Shown here: one piece after another, positions 24,301 through 34,826 of the stretch
Position numbering within the stretch: the stretch's first letter is position 1
Layout of the letters: each line of letters starts with the position of its first letter
Source of the DNA: Lytechinus pictus
Taxonomy: Eukaryota
Direction: 5' to 3'
DNA length: 64,000 nucleotides
Assembly: GCF_037042905.1 (NCBI RefSeq)
Contig: NC_087255.1
Coordinates: 23,250,001 to 23,314,000, forward strand
The notes under the pieces: generated by a model
The model's database searches: none
Seen by the model: the letters and a program-made list of their open reading frames with translations, nothing else
What the model was told of the DNA's origin: nothing
Translations under genes and position numbers: made by a program

Positions 24301-24440
24301 TTTTACAGTTTGGTGGACGTGGTGGAGGAGGAGGAGGAGGAGGCAGGGGCGGCAGTAGTTTTGGTGGTAACTCCGGTGGAGATGAGTGGGGATCTGGAGG
24401 AGGAGGAGACGGAGGAACTGTGGATGAATCATGGGATTAG
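3328..24440 (+). CDS. vasa: Vasa/DDX4 DEAD-box RNA helicase, multi-exon, 5'-partial: join(3328-3358,3852-3883,5940-6195,6506-6574,8418-8519,9359-9439,10326-10406,10995-11075,13879-13971,14532-14552,15141-15442,16083-16367,18274-18586,19548-19647,19869-20139,20757-20861,24309-24440)
   Basis: All 17 exons have AG/GT boundaries with compatible phases; total 2355 nt = 784 aa + TAG. Motifs: Q (PTPVQ), I (AQTGSGKT), Ia (PTREL), GG, Ib (TPGR), II (DEAD), III (SAT), IV (LVFVE), V (ARGLD), VI (HRIGRTGR). RGG-rich N-terminus, CCHC knuckles and an acidic-Trp C-terminus (DESWD) favour vasa over PL10/DDX3. Start exon not found. Confidence 0.96.
3852..3883 (+). CDS. vasa: vasa exon ([11 protein letters not shown])
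   Basis: tgtag acceptor, gtgagt donor, phase 1 to 0. Confidence 0.8.
3966..4544. mobile_element. Fold-back MITE with TTAA target duplication (Kolobok-like AG...CT ends)
   Basis: ttaa|agggatggtcc ... ggaccatccct|ttaa; arms inverted over about 190 bp; probably nested in an older element 3909-5225 (taaggacagtg/cactgtcccta). Confidence 0.85.
5940..6195 (+). CDS. vasa: vasa exon with [12 protein letters not shown] and G/S-rich disordered segment
   Basis: ttcag acceptor, G|gtgagt donor; same frame as ORF 5916-6233. Confidence 0.92.
6314..6440 (+). mobile_element. 5' fragment of Helentron-like (HINE) repeat family
   Basis: ttttgtctcacctgcatagcagagcgagactatag hairpin start, also at 9664 and 20888. 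Confidence 0.6.
6506..6574 (+). CDS. vasa: vasa exon ([23 protein letters not shown])
   Basis: Poly-T + aacag acceptor, C|gtaaga donor, 69 nt, phase 1-1. Confidence 0.88.
7101..7600 (-). mobile_element. Degenerate piggyBac-like MITE, inverted relative of 17426-18188
   Basis: ttaa|ccct start; internal sequence is the reverse complement of about 17650-18110. Confidence 0.65.
7988..8264. mobile_element. MITE with about 43-bp TIR CTGGGCCC(T/C)GTTGTACAAAGAGTTACGATTGATC
   Basis: Near-perfect terminal inverted repeat; related ends at 39829, 47816, 54361, 57472. Confidence 0.85.
8418..8519 (+). CDS. vasa: vasa zinc-knuckle exon K1 ([14 protein letters not shown])
   Basis: CX2CX4HX4C; tttag acceptor, G|gtttgt donor; 102 nt. 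Confidence 0.9.
9359..9439 (+). CDS. vasa: vasa zinc-knuckle exon K2 ([14 protein letters not shown])
   Basis: CCHC motif, intact splice sites, 81 nt. Confidence 0.85.
9664..10115 (+). mobile_element. Truncated HINE-like repeat with AAGGTCAAAGGTCA units
   Basis: Same 5' hairpin and internal units as 20888-22553. Confidence 0.65.
10326..10406 (+). CDS. vasa: vasa zinc-knuckle exon K3 ([14 protein letters not shown])
   Basis: CCHC motif, intact splice sites, 81 nt. Confidence 0.85.
10995..11075 (+). CDS. vasa: vasa zinc-knuckle exon K4 ([14 protein letters not shown])
   Basis: CCHC motif, intact splice sites, 81 nt. Confidence 0.85.
11326..13517 (+). mobile_element. Helentron-associated (HINE/DINE-1-like) non-autonomous element with about 135-bp tandem repeats
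   Basis: Subterminal inverted repeat gtctcgcctga (11326) / tcaggcgagac (13483), short 3' hairpin, T-run insertion site; absent from the paralogous intron copy at about 10650. Confidence 0.75.
11429..12810 (+). mobile_element. Second HINE-like element nested in the first, with about 155-bp tandem array (about 5.5 copies, 11838-12680)
   Basis: gtatcccccgaa...ttcggaggatac 5' hairpin, 3' ttcggggatac (12762); flanks rejoin to ctctcattt|ctgcatcaatt, one repeat unit of the outer element. Confidence 0.75.
13879..13971 (+). CDS. vasa: vasa zinc-knuckle exon K5 ([14 protein letters not shown])
   Basis: Divergent CCHC motif; aacag acceptor, A|gtaaat donor; 93 nt. Confidence 0.88.
14532..14552 (+). CDS. 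vasa: vasa 21-nt micro-exon (T-EGEGGE)
   Basis: Long pyrimidine tract + ctgcag, strong AG|gtgagt donor, phase 1-1. Confidence 0.75.
14556..14648. repeat. Tandem repeat of about 21 bp (gttaatctgtttgatatgttt), about 4.5 copies
   Basis: Directly visible just after the micro-exon donor. Confidence 0.9.
15141..15442 (+). CDS. vasa: vasa exon: [15 protein letters not shown] motif, Walker A
   Basis: ORF 15203-15466 frame; tttacag acceptor, gtggg donor. Confidence 0.95.
16083..16367 (+). CDS. vasa: vasa exon: motifs Ia, GG, Ib
   Basis: AAFLLP...PTREL...YGG...TPGR; gtaagt donor. Confidence 0.95.
16812..17411. mobile_element. Kolobok-like MITE (TIR AGGTCAAGTCCACCCC)
   Basis: ttaa|aggtcaagtccacccc ... 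ggggtggacttttcct|ttca; long inverted arms; another end at 22557. Confidence 0.8.
17426..18188. mobile_element. piggyBac-like MITE
   Basis: ttaa|CCCT...AGGG|ttaa; subterminal gggggctgattcagccccc palindromes; partial copies at about 18990-19237 and 22620-22885. Confidence 0.85.
18274..18586 (+). CDS. vasa: vasa exon: DEAD box and SAT
   Basis: [17 protein letters not shown]...MFSATF. Confidence 0.95.
19242..19496 (+). pseudogene. Decayed tandem copies of the 3' part of the vasa DEAD exon inside the following intron
   Basis: ggagctgcctatgacatcgagcagagggtgctctc and tgcctctgacattgagcagagg match 18496-18530; stops and indels present. Confidence 0.8.
19548..19647 (+). CDS. vasa: vasa exon: motif IV to SIHG
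   Basis: [16 protein letters not shown]...TSIHG; ttttcag acceptor, gtaagt donor. Confidence 0.93.
19869..20139 (+). CDS. vasa: vasa exon: QxxR, motifs V and VI
   Basis: DRQQQERE...ARGLD...[12 protein letters not shown]. Confidence 0.95.
20757..20861 (+). CDS. vasa: vasa exon ([11 protein letters not shown]...FGGRDTRK)
   Basis: QxVPxFL and FGGRDxR are typical of the vasa/PL10 C-terminus; atacag acceptor, AG|gtac donor. Confidence 0.92.
20888..22553 (+). mobile_element. HINE-like element with tandem AAGGTCAAAGGTCA-containing units
   Basis: 5' hairpin gtctcgcctgcatagcagagcgagac, (gcg)n, repeated about 180-190 bp units; interrupted by 21357-22222. Confidence 0.7.
21357..22222. mobile_element. 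Kolobok-like non-autonomous DNA transposon nested in the HINE
   Basis: ttaa|agaccctgaccgg ... ccggtctggatct|ttaa. Confidence 0.75.
23409..23985. mobile_element. MITE with poly-G/poly-C TIRs and (G)ATTACAT target duplication
   Basis: ccggg..ggcacttccattggcgagtggataccat / atggtatccactcgtcaatggaagcgccc..cgg; 7-8 bp TSD. Confidence 0.85.
23995..24130 (-). mobile_element. L2/CR1-group LINE ORF2 C-terminal fragment
   Basis: [16 protein letters not shown] resembles the DRAFSxxAPxLWNxLP tail of these LINEs. Confidence 0.6.
24309..24440 (+). CDS. vasa: vasa terminal coding exon (RGG/Gly-rich, ends VDESWD*)
   Basis: Long pyrimidine tract + acag; in-frame TAG at 24438-24440. Confidence 0.92.
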   Translation, partial: FGGRGGGGGGGGRGGSSFGGNSGGDEWGSGGGGDGGTVDESWD

Positions 24441-25799
24441 GTTGCCATGGTGATCAGAGGATTATCTGCCAAGTTTGGTAAATGCGATGATCAGGAGGAG
24501 ACATTCAAATGAGATTCTTTCCCAAAGAGGACATTTATTCAGAAACATTTGTGTTAAGCAGTGATGTGAAAGAGAACAATTCATTTGGACATGTTCGATC
24601 CTGAAAGGGCAGCCACCAGCCAAAATCAGAAAATGTAAAGCAAGGAGGATTAGAGCTCTTTTGTTTGGAATATTGCTTAAGAATATTCCCCCAGACTTGT
24701 TCATGAAAAAGGATGTAAGCAAATCTTTCTACAAGTACAAAACTTGTATCATGTGTTTGTGCCTCTGCACTGTTTATTAGTGTTTCATCGTTGACAGTTT
24801 TGTCCATTTTTTTTTAAATTTGTATGACGGCCCATATGTTGGTGAGTGATGGAGGGAAAACACCATGGCATGGACGTATTGCATTTATTTGATTTTTTTT
24901 TAAGTTGATTTTTTACAGTAGTAGAGATGATTTATCTAATAAGGATAACAATTAGAATGTGTTGAAACCAGTTGTTGGAATAAGGAGGCATGTACAGAAT
25001 AAGGCTTTTGAAAGCAGTTACAGCTAGAATATGAAATTCATGAAGTTTTCGTAGTCTTTACTACTGATCTATGGAATACAGCTCATATAGTGTATTATTA
25101 CCATCGTTGACAGTCATTGAAATTGGCAATAGTATTTGCTACATGTAGTAAATTCAATAGCAAGAAGCTAGATATACAGATGATATTAAGAAATATACAC
25201 AAGGAGAAAGAGGTTGACCCTGTCGTAGACTATGCATGCTGACATCAATCATTGGATATCAACGCATATGCGATATATCTTGTAAGAAGTGCATTATGTT
25301 TCATCATAAGTATAACCTTGATATTTGTATTCTTTATAAGTACCAAATTGCCATTAGTTTCATCACTTTCATATAAGTATTAACACTACAGTTTATTAAC
25401 ATTTTCATTAGATTAGTATAGAACAGTCAGATGATCATTGATTATAACCTTTCATATTGTTTAATTCTTATGTTTATAAATCATGTTACATTATTTTTAT
25501 ATGACACTAGGGTAGATTCTTGTTATGTTTTTATGTTACCCATATTGTTTGTCCTCTAAATGTACCATTTAGAGTCACGACAAAAGTACAATGAGAAACG
25601 GGAAGTGACCGTTAAAATGCGTCAGAGGATTAGACTGGTCAGTGCACTTAGGTTGCTGACTGATCAACAAAAGACCAAAGAAAAAAAAGATAGATTGACT
25701 AGAAGCAAAGGGAATGAAGCCCAAACCACCACCACGGTTGTATTAAAATGAAATCCGTCCAAACCTAGGAAGTATGCGTGTTTTGGAAAATAACCAGGG

Positions 25800-28700
25800 G
25801 ATTCCCCAAATGAGTACATCATTTGTGATTGGGCAGTTCTTTTGTAACCCTTGTTGATTAGTAGAGTGGTTATGGAAGAACTGGAGGAAACTTGTTGGTA
25901 AGGCCATAGGCCATTCTGTTTTCTCTAAATGTTTATGACTAGAGATTGCAATACCAGTGAGTTTTCAAACTTGATGTAGGTACTTGGGCAGTAGAAATTG
26001 AGTGCATAGTGTGTTACAAGTCCATAGTGACGTCAATTTCTGACTCCTTGCTCCTACCGTTTTCATTTTGAAAACTTTTTCGTCAGTTCTCCAAGCCCAA
26101 TTTGAGAGGCAGAAAGGTATTGTTGAGATTACTGCCTTTCTGCTTCTCAAAAGATGCCTTCAAATGAGGAACACATCAAATACTTTCTTAGGTTACCTTG
26201 AATCCAGTCTTTCCACAGAGACTCAGTGGAGCAACTGGAAATGCCAATGCCTTGTCTTCCTTAGTGCGACTTCCTCTGGAATCGTCAATGTGTTTGTTCG
26301 TCAAAGTACCTCCTCTACATTGCCAATTGTTTTTCTCTTAAGTGCCATATGTGGATTGGCCATTAAGCAGCTGCAGCTATGTCCTCTTCACATTGGATAT
26401 TGTCTCCGTAATGTGTGAAGCAGTGTATCAGGTTCTCTGGGTATATACATGATCTTGGTTGATTTCCACCAAAAAAAAAATCATGCTTTGCTTGGACAGT
26501 ATTGTAGTTAGTCCTGGAAATGACATAATCCTTTGAAGTGAATCATATGACTTGTGTTGAGCGGTGATATCATGGGTAATTAGATTTGTAATGGTGACTG
26601 TCCCAAACAATATTTGCCTGTGACTTAAATTTTTCTGTACTCCTACAATGTTCTAGATTAGTAGATTCTCAAATGGAGGTGTTCTGACACTTTCTTAGGT
26701 TAGGGGCTCCATACCATTCCTTTCAGGATAAGAGTTTATGGGGATGTTCTTGTGGTTTATGCAACTCAGCCATTCCTTCTTCGATATCTCAGGGAAATAT
26801 GAAGTAGTGGTAACTTTAACTTTTCATAATCAACCAATGTATTCATTATGCATAGATGTTCGCATTGGCAGTCTCAACCATTCATTGAATAAAGGCTTTC
26901 AATTTCCTCATCTTTAGAACTGTCTGTGTCCATGATGCAGACTTCGTATTAACCTGTCCTTGCGCTTTATACATTATTTTTGTTTTGTTGTACTTCCATA
27001 ATACCCTTCACAGGTTTGTGGATCTTGTATGTTTGCTGGTGTTGGCCAGAAGAGAAACGTACACCTCATCCTTGTGGATTTCTCAGCAATGGATGTTAGA
27101 TTCGTACGTACCATCTTCCTGGCCATTTTCACTTGATCTTTTCATTGTGCATCATTAGAGTCTTGGAATTATAACATAGTTTGAATCTGGATTGTGTTAC
27201 TTCCTCTAGATTGCTGGAGTTTCAGTGTGGCATCATGGACTGTAATGTAACAGGATTTCAGGTGTTCTGCAAAGAGGAAAGTGATCAAGTCTCTTGCTTC
27301 TGGGAATAAGTTGCTATGTGGAAGCAGAATTTCTGAGATACTTACACAATGAAAAGAAGTCTTAAGTGTGCTATTGTATTGTAACAGTACTTGCCTTTAT
27401 GGTTATAAGGCTGAATATAGTCATAACATTTTTGTTCCTAAGTGCCAAATAATTAGTAGATAAATACTTTGAAAAAGAGGGGTTAATTAAGCTAAGGCTT
27501 TCCTGGTAAGAATCAGCTCCTTGCTTTCTTTTGGGGAAGAACGAGGGTGTATATTTTCATGGGTTAAATGGTTTTACCTTGACAGCATTTGCAGTTAAGG
27601 TTTCACCAATGAGGGACATGTAATCCCAGTTCATTGGAATTAGTGGAGGAATTAGTGGAGTTCTTCAATGTTATCCTTGAGTTCCAATTATTTTATTTCA
27701 ACAATATCCAACCAGTTAGTCCATTGATATGTGGCATTCGAAAGAACAAAAAATTTGTGTAGGTGTACACAAGAAGTGATGGAACATCATAAGATGTTTC
27801 CTTGAAATCGTTTGGTGGATGACATGAATCTTACGAAAGGCGCATGTTATCCTGCAGATCAAATTCCACTTTAATCTTTGGAACTCTTGGCCAGTCACAC
27901 TGTGACAGAGGTGTCAGTCTTCAGACTTTGATATCATTGAAACCTTGCTACTTTTCATGCCCATTTGAGTCAAACTGATGGGCACGCCTGCTGCAAGCAA
28001 TCGAAGAAAGAAAACTAAATCGTTATTTGGTTTCTGTGGTGTATCATGCACCTGCATTGAAAATACTTTGGTGTCTTGTAGCTTGTAGTAGAGGTTATCT
28101 TGTTGTTATGGCGAAATCTGTTCGAACACCTGAGGATGGAATTGTATTTTGAATCAACACCTTCTGCGAGAGCATAGGTCCTTTTATATCTCTGGGGTTT
28201 TAAGTTAATAGAGATAACATTGGTTGTTGGCTCTCTTTGTGAAGACGGTTAGTTCTTGTTGGTATCATCCAGAAGATACCTTTACATTTCGGGAGGATGA
28301 ACAAGAGGTCGAGTTGAAGGAACGCTGTTATTGATGAAAGAAACTGCATGGTACCACTTGTTTAAGTCTAGAGGATTCAGAGACTTGGTTTTAGAAGATC
28401 CTGGACCTGACATGTGAAGTCGGGTCTGGGAAGAGAAACTGTCAACTAGAAAAAGGCAGCAGCCCAAGTGTAGGGGTCTTGGTCATCAGAGATGAATTGG
28501 AAATTAACATTATTTGCTAGATTTTGGCCATGGAGGATCCTGGACCTGACATGTGAAGTCGGGTCTGTGAAAAGGCAGCAGTCCAAGTCTAGGATGAATT
28601 TGAAAGGAATATCCGTGGACAATCCTGGACCTGACATGGTGAAGTCGGGTCTGGAAGAAGGAAGCATCATCATAAAAAGGCAGCATGTATAGGACGGTCT

Positions 28701-29300
28701 GAAGAAACCCCCTCGTCTCATTCTTGCCCATGGGCCTACCACAGTATGGAGGGGCAGGGGGTCAGGAGTGGTGGAAATTCTTCCGGTAATTTCAATTTGG
28801 AAGAATTTACAGAAAATGGGCTAGAAGTAGTGGAAACCTGTGCTAATTAAAAGATTAGCTTACCCTCGTGTGGAGGAAACATCCATACTGGACGCAATTT
28901 CTCCTCGTGAATGAACAAATTGAAACGCGAGGGTCTGTATAATGAAAAAGTATCTGCCGAAGTTATTCATTTAGCAGTTTGTGTTATGCAAAGAACGTGA
29001 AAAGTACTGTGTGTTAGTCGGAAACATGGATTAGTAAAATGGTCTTATGGTAAAGGGAATTGACATTATTACCAGTTTATCGATCCTTGGCAGGTAGAAG
29101 ATGGTAGGGAATCTAAAGCAGCTGAACAATTGCCTACGGTACTTTACCGAAAGTGTGAGCAGGGTCTTCATGCTGGAATCCTGCCAGTGCCTTTTATAGC
29201 CGGATGGAAAGGCACCAAGCTTCTTTCACAGTGACTTTGGTCGATGATGAATGAGAGCATTGATGAGTAAGGATTCCCTGTAAAAGATTTTGGTAGAGTG
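25800..29300 (-). pseudogene. Decayed coding remnant of unknown identity
   Basis: Complex sequence nearly free of simple repeats; several 55-75 codon open stretches in one minus frame, broken by stops and frameshifts. Confidence 0.4.
28395..28660. repeat. Three spaced copies of atcctggacctgacatg(g)tgaagtcgggtctg
   Basis: Copies near 28398, 28537 and 28622, each followed by aaaaggcagca. Confidence 0.9.
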
Positions 29301-30146
29301 CCTAGGTACATGTAGGTCATAAGCAGATCAGAGTTGATTGTCAAATCAAATGATTTAATGAGATAGACGCATATTCTTTACTTTAGTGGATATTAGTTAC
29401 TCTTGTATCATTCCAGTTTATCCTAAAGAGTAATTTGCCTCTAAAAGTTTTGTCAGAAAAAAAGATGTAATTTGAACCTATAAGCCTGTATACTGTGATT
29501 TGGTTCGCATCGCGTTGATGAGTTGTCAAAAGTTTTGACATAAAATAAATAGAAATGCATTTGCATTGAATAAATTTTGCTTTGATTTTTGTTTAAGTGC
29601 AAGAGAATCAATATGATGTTTGGAAAGGGGAGGGGGTGGGGCGGTAGAAGAGAGAGAGATAGGGTGTGTTTATGCATGTGAGAGAGATAATCTGTGTGGG
29701 TTTGAATGAGGGGGGTGTGAGAGATGAGGCGAGGGGGAAGGGTTGGTCTTGTAATTCAAGATAGACGGGTGTGAATGTATGTGATGGAGAGAGTGTTGGA
29801 GCGAGGGAGGAGGGGCAAGAAGTCTTGGGAGAAGCCGGGTTTAGAAGAAAATAAGAGGCATATTCTTATTGCACTATTGTGTACCTTAGAGAGAGAGGGA
29901 GGGGGTGCGTGATCTGTGATGGGGTTAGGGGAATATATTATATTGGTGTAATCGTGTACCTCGAAAATCAGAAGAAAATGACCCCCTCCCCGGGCTATGT
30001 ACACTCCCTTGACTTAACCTTTATTCGAGCTAAAACTAGTTCGCTTTACTAGGTATGTCCTTGAATGAGAAAAGAAATTTATTCGGAAAAGTACAATAGA
30101 AATGTAGTTTTGTTTTGGTTTGACACTATCAATCTGACAGAAGGAT

Positions 30147-30578
30147 GTTGTAAGCTACGGAGTCTGACTACCCTACTTTATTTTCACAAATCTTACTACA
30201 ATATTTGTGACGCCCCCTCGTAAAAATTAAAATGATACGACGAAGTCAAATATAGTGACTTTTAGTCAAATTTGACACCTTGTTTAAAGCTACTATTGAA
30301 GCCTTCAAGGCCGGAGTTGGTTAAAAGTCACGATGTCATGAAATAAAGACTTATTGTCTGTTAAAAAAAGGAAAGAAACAATAAGGTTTGTCATTGTTGG
30401 CGATGTGTTGTTAAAAGCTATCGATATCGAAAACAAATGTCCAAAAATGCATCGCACCCCCTCATCTCCCTCTTCTTCTGTATCTTATATTCTTCCTTTA
30501 TTATTGTCTGTCAAAAATTAAAGAAAAAACTATGTTAACTTTGTCATTTTTTGTTTGCGATGTCTTGTTAAAAGCTAT
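30147..30578 (+). promoter_or_regulatory. Cluster of GTTAAAAGCTA-type motifs upstream of LC8 paralog 1
   Basis: Exact copies at 30410, 30567; variants at 30147, 30282, 30320. Function is inferred. Confidence 0.5.
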
Positions 30579-30619
30579 CGATATCGAAAAAAATAAAGAA
30601 TTAACAATTTAAAAAAAAC

Positions 30620-30820
30620 GGGGGCGTCGTGGTCTTGTGGTTATGACTCGCATCTTTCAATCTGAGGGTCGTGCGTCCGATTCCCAGTCTTAGCGGATTT
30701 TCCTTCAGCAAGAAATTAACGTAGAATAGGTTTAGCAGGGGCAATATCATAAATATAGGAGCGCCTTGAACACCTAACAAGGTGGATACGTGCGCTAAAT
30801 CCTATTTTTATTTATTATTT
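30620..30820 (+). mobile_element. tRNA-derived SINE
   Basis: A-box-like gtggtcttgtgg, degenerate B-box gtccgattccc, 3' gagcgccttgaa...gcgct with (tat)n tail. Confidence 0.7.
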
Positions 30821-31544
30821 CTTCTGCCTTTCCTCTTCTTTCTAAATTTTCCTTTTTCCCTCCCCTTTTCACTAGACCTACTTAAAATCATAGGGGGCGC
30901 GGTCGCCAGCTGTTGCCCCTCGCAGCGCTGCTCCTGTATGCGTAAGGAAGAATGGATCCTCTGTAAATCTGCAACATTTTTTGTCTTCTAAATTGATACG
31001 ATTTCACCACAATCCTGTTTTTTTAATCACCGATGAAGTAACAGCAAAGTCAAAACTACATAGTGGCGGATTCATACAGGGGGTGGGGCTTTAACAAAAA
31101 AAAGTAGGAGAAAGGAAGGGTAGTCACTACTCACGGGAATAATGTTCCAGTGCTTTCTTTGTTGCTTTTTTTACAAGAAATCACCCCCTCCAAACAAATC
31201 AAAATTAAATTTGGGAAGTTGCATGGGTCCCCATTCCATCTCCCCCCTTCTGAGATTTGCGCCTGATTCTACATGTGACATCGGCATTGCAAGACGTAAA
31301 ATTTGAATGACATTTATTTATTTGTCTTCTTTAGTTGTTACAGTCCAAATCTTCTTCTTCATTGTTCCTTTTATTTGACGTCTTGCTATATCGTCCCTTT
31401 TTTCGATTCCTCCACTTATGTGCTTGTTTTCATTTCTTTCTTTTTAACTGCATGCGTGTGGGTGTGTGAACGAGACTTCTGTGCCGTAGGCCTATAATAG
31501 TAGATGTATCGAATCATTTCTTTGCATTCTCCATCCTTGTCTAG

Positions 31545-31621
31545 AGCAGCATCAGATGCCAGTGCAGTGAATCTCTCAAGAAGGTCTCTTGCTTCAATCT
31601 TTCACAACTATTTCCACTATC
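31545..31621 (+). other. Predicted 5'-UTR exon of LC8 paralog 1 (contains 4-codon uORF MPVQ*)
   Basis: Pyrimidine tract + gtctag acceptor, ATC|GTAAGT donor; same layout in paralogs 2, 4, 5. Confidence 0.65.
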
Positions 31622-31980
31622 GTAAGTTATACCCTTATCTCTATAGACCAAGTATATAATGGAAGTTATTTTTCGAAAATATCGAAATCTATGTCCGTTA
31701 TTTTGTGCTCTGTTTACTTTTTTGGGAGGGGGTGCTTCTTTTTACAAATTCATCGTTTCTTTTCATCTTTTTCGTTTAATTTCAAATCCAAACGGAAAGT
31801 AAATTCTTTCCTTTTATATTGGGCTGATGTTTTTAGTAAACATGAGCTTAGATTTCATCCAGAGAACATAAAAAATGTAGTGAGATATGGATAAAATCTT
31901 AAAATTTGTATCTATAAAAGCTTTCTTAATAAATGATTAAAAAAGGTTTCAGTCCTATCGCATTTTCTTTCACGTTCTAG

Positions 31981-32289
31981 ATGGATCGTCGAGGTGGCGG
32001 CGGATCTCGGTCTGCAGGCAACAAGAATGACGAACTCATCGTTAAGAGTGCAGACATGTCAGACGAAGACCAGGATCTTGCCTGTGATATCGCTAAGGAC
32101 GCCATGGGGAAGTTCAACGTCGAGAAGGACATTGCCGCCCATATCAAGAAAGAGTTCGATAAAACCCACGAACCGACTTGGCACTGCATCGTCGGGCGCA
32201 ACTTCGGCAGCTACGTCACGCACGAAACAAAGAGTTTCATTTATTTTTACATCGGTCAGAAAGCATTCCTTCTCTTCAAGTCGGGATAG
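31981..32289 (+). CDS. DYNLL: Dynein light chain LC8-type, paralog 1 (102 aa)
   Basis: ADM...[13 protein letters not shown]...[19 protein letters not shown]...LLFKSG; splice acceptor ttctag directly before the ATG. Confidence 0.96.
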   Translation: MDRRGGGGSRSAGNKNDELIVKSADMSDEDQDLACDIAKDAMGKFNVEKDIAAHIKKEFDKTHEPTWHCIVGRNFGSYVTHETKSFIYFYIGQKAFLLFKSG

Positions 32290-32959
32290 AAGTTTAAAAG
32301 ACAAATTCTGATAGTTTCTTTAGATTAGATCAGAATTCAACATTCACAGCGAAATTTGTTCCCAAAGTCGTTATCACCGAGCGGGAGTTCGCGTCGTCGT
32401 CAGATAAGAATAGATGATGATTAAAATTTATCAACTCAATTCTTGCATGAATATATTTTATTTAGGAATAACATTAAGTGATATCTTTTCGAAAAAAAAT
32501 CTGTGAAATTATCTTCGGATAATAACTATTTCATTTTTAAGCAACACCTATCTCCCATGTATGTCATGTGTATGTACATGTATATATTTCATCTGACATA
32601 GCATAGGATGTAAATTACTCATTCTAAAATTGAGAAATATATCTCGTGGTGCTACTATATACTGTAGTTTCAAACATATTCCAGCTATATAGGATGAAGA
32701 AGTGTTATGAAGACTGACCTCGGTAAAGCTATAAATCAATTTTGGGCCATTGTTGCGTGTCACATATGCTCTAGATAATTTACTTTTGACATCAAAATAA
32801 TGATTGCCGTGATAATATTGTTGCCTGTATAGAAAATGGTTTTAAAGGTGACAATGAGCAGATAATGATTTAATGATTTGCAAAGTTGAAAATTCACCGT
32901 TGTCTAAATGATGAAAGTATTAATCTTTCTTCTGCTTATTTTGGTAACATTGTCGAGGT

Positions 32960-33341
32960 GGGTTTGATAGTTACTATTTAATAGTTTGATCGATTATTGA
33001 TTATTTTATTGACTAATTGAGTACATGGTTGCTCAATGGAATGATTGTTTGATGATGAGGATAAATTCTAGACCCAAGATGTTGATCACAAAAACACATA
33101 GGCATGTATTCCAGACCTTATTTTGGTACAATATGATTGATTGATTGATTTGATAAATAAATTGATTGCTCTGTCAACTGATTAATTCCTTAATGCTTAT
33201 TAATCTATCCTACGCTTCGTTGGTTTGTCAGTATGTGATTGATTGAAGAAAAATCGAAATATTAATTTTATTTTTATTGGTTGGTTGATTGATTGATTGA
33301 TTGGTTGACAGGTTGATTGATCGATTGGTTGACTGACTGAC

Positions 33342-33377
<36 letters not shown>

Positions 33378-34800
33378 CGTTGATCGGTTGATTTAATGAT
33401 TGATTGATTGATTGATTACACTCTAAAAAGGTTTACCCAATATTGGGTAAATGGGAACCTGCATGTTGGTTGGGTAAAAAGATACCCAATATTTAGTAAA
33501 GTTTACGCAATGTTGCGTTGAAAGAGCCCAATATGGGGTAAAAAACAGCAAACATGCAAGTTTCCTTTTTACCCAATATTGGGTAAAATTTTACTGTGTT
33601 TTTAGAGTGTAGGTGATTGATTGATTGGTTGATTGATTGATTGGATTGTTAGGTGATTTGGTGATTAGTTTCTTTTTTGGTTGATCAATAGGCTAGGTGT
33701 TTTGTTAGAAGAATGGATCGTTTATTAATTTTTGTTGGTCGAATAAACAATCTTCCGACCATCCAACTACTCAACTAGATGGGATTGTTTGTTAGAGTGA
33801 TGTTTGGTTGGTTGATTTATTAGTTAAAATAAATAAATTGATTAATGTAGACATGACGAGATATATCTCGAGATATATTTCTCATCACGTCTACGAAATT
33901 TATTAGTTAGAAGAATGGATGGTTAGTTATATGTTTTATCGAGTTGTAGGTTAGTTTAATGGTTGGTTGAGTGGATGGGTGGTTAAAGTTGTTTGATTGG
34001 TTTGACGGTTGGGCGATTGGTTAATTAGATGATTAGGTGATTGATTGGTTGGTTAGTTAGGTGGTTGTCTCATTGGTTGGTTGGTCGGATAGATTGTTGG
34101 TTGGTTGCTTAGTTATTTTGTCAGATGGTTAGTTATTGGTTCGTCGGTTGATTGATAGGTTATTGGATGGTTGGTTGATAGTTTGGATTGTTGGTTGATT
34201 GATTTGGCAGTAAGATGATTGGTTAGTCAGATGGTTAGTTTATTGGTTGGTTTGTTAGAGGGATGCTTGGTTGATTAGTTAGTTAGGTTATTGATTGATT
34301 GTGATGTGGTTTCTTAGATGATTGGTTAATCAGTTGGTTATTTGGATGGTTAGTTGGTTAGTTAGATGTTTGGTTGGTTGATTAGTTGGTCAGTATTATG
34401 GTTGGTAGATATGTTGGTTACCTTGATAATTAGTTGGTTAGTTAGATGCTTGGTTGGTTGATTGGTTGGTCAGTATTATGGTTGGTTGTTTGGTGAATGG
34501 TTATTTGGATTGCTAGTTGGTTTTTTTTAGTTAGAGGCTTGGTTGGTTGAATGGGTTGTCAGTTTTATGGTTGGTTAATTGTTTGGTTGGTTATTTGGAT
34601 GGTTAGTTAGATGCTTGCTTTGTTGTTTGGTTGGTTACTTGAGTGATTGGCTGGTACTGTCGAGTGCTTTGCTGATTAGTTGGTTAAATATTTAGATTGG
34701 TTGGTTGGTAAGTTAGATGGTTGGTAATTCATATGACTGGGTGAGTGATTGGTTAAAATGGCTGGTTGGTTTGATGACTGATTGACTAGTTGGTTTAATA
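32960..34800 (+). repeat. Degenerate (TTGA/TTGG)n microsatellite tract
   Basis: Directly visible. Confidence 0.95.
33419..33609. mobile_element. TA-flanked MITE (CACTCTAAAAA TIR, Tc1/mariner-like)
   Basis: ta|cactctaaaaa ... tttttagagtg|ta. Confidence 0.8.
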
Positions 34801-34826
34801 ATTGCATACTTGAAATAAATATTTAA

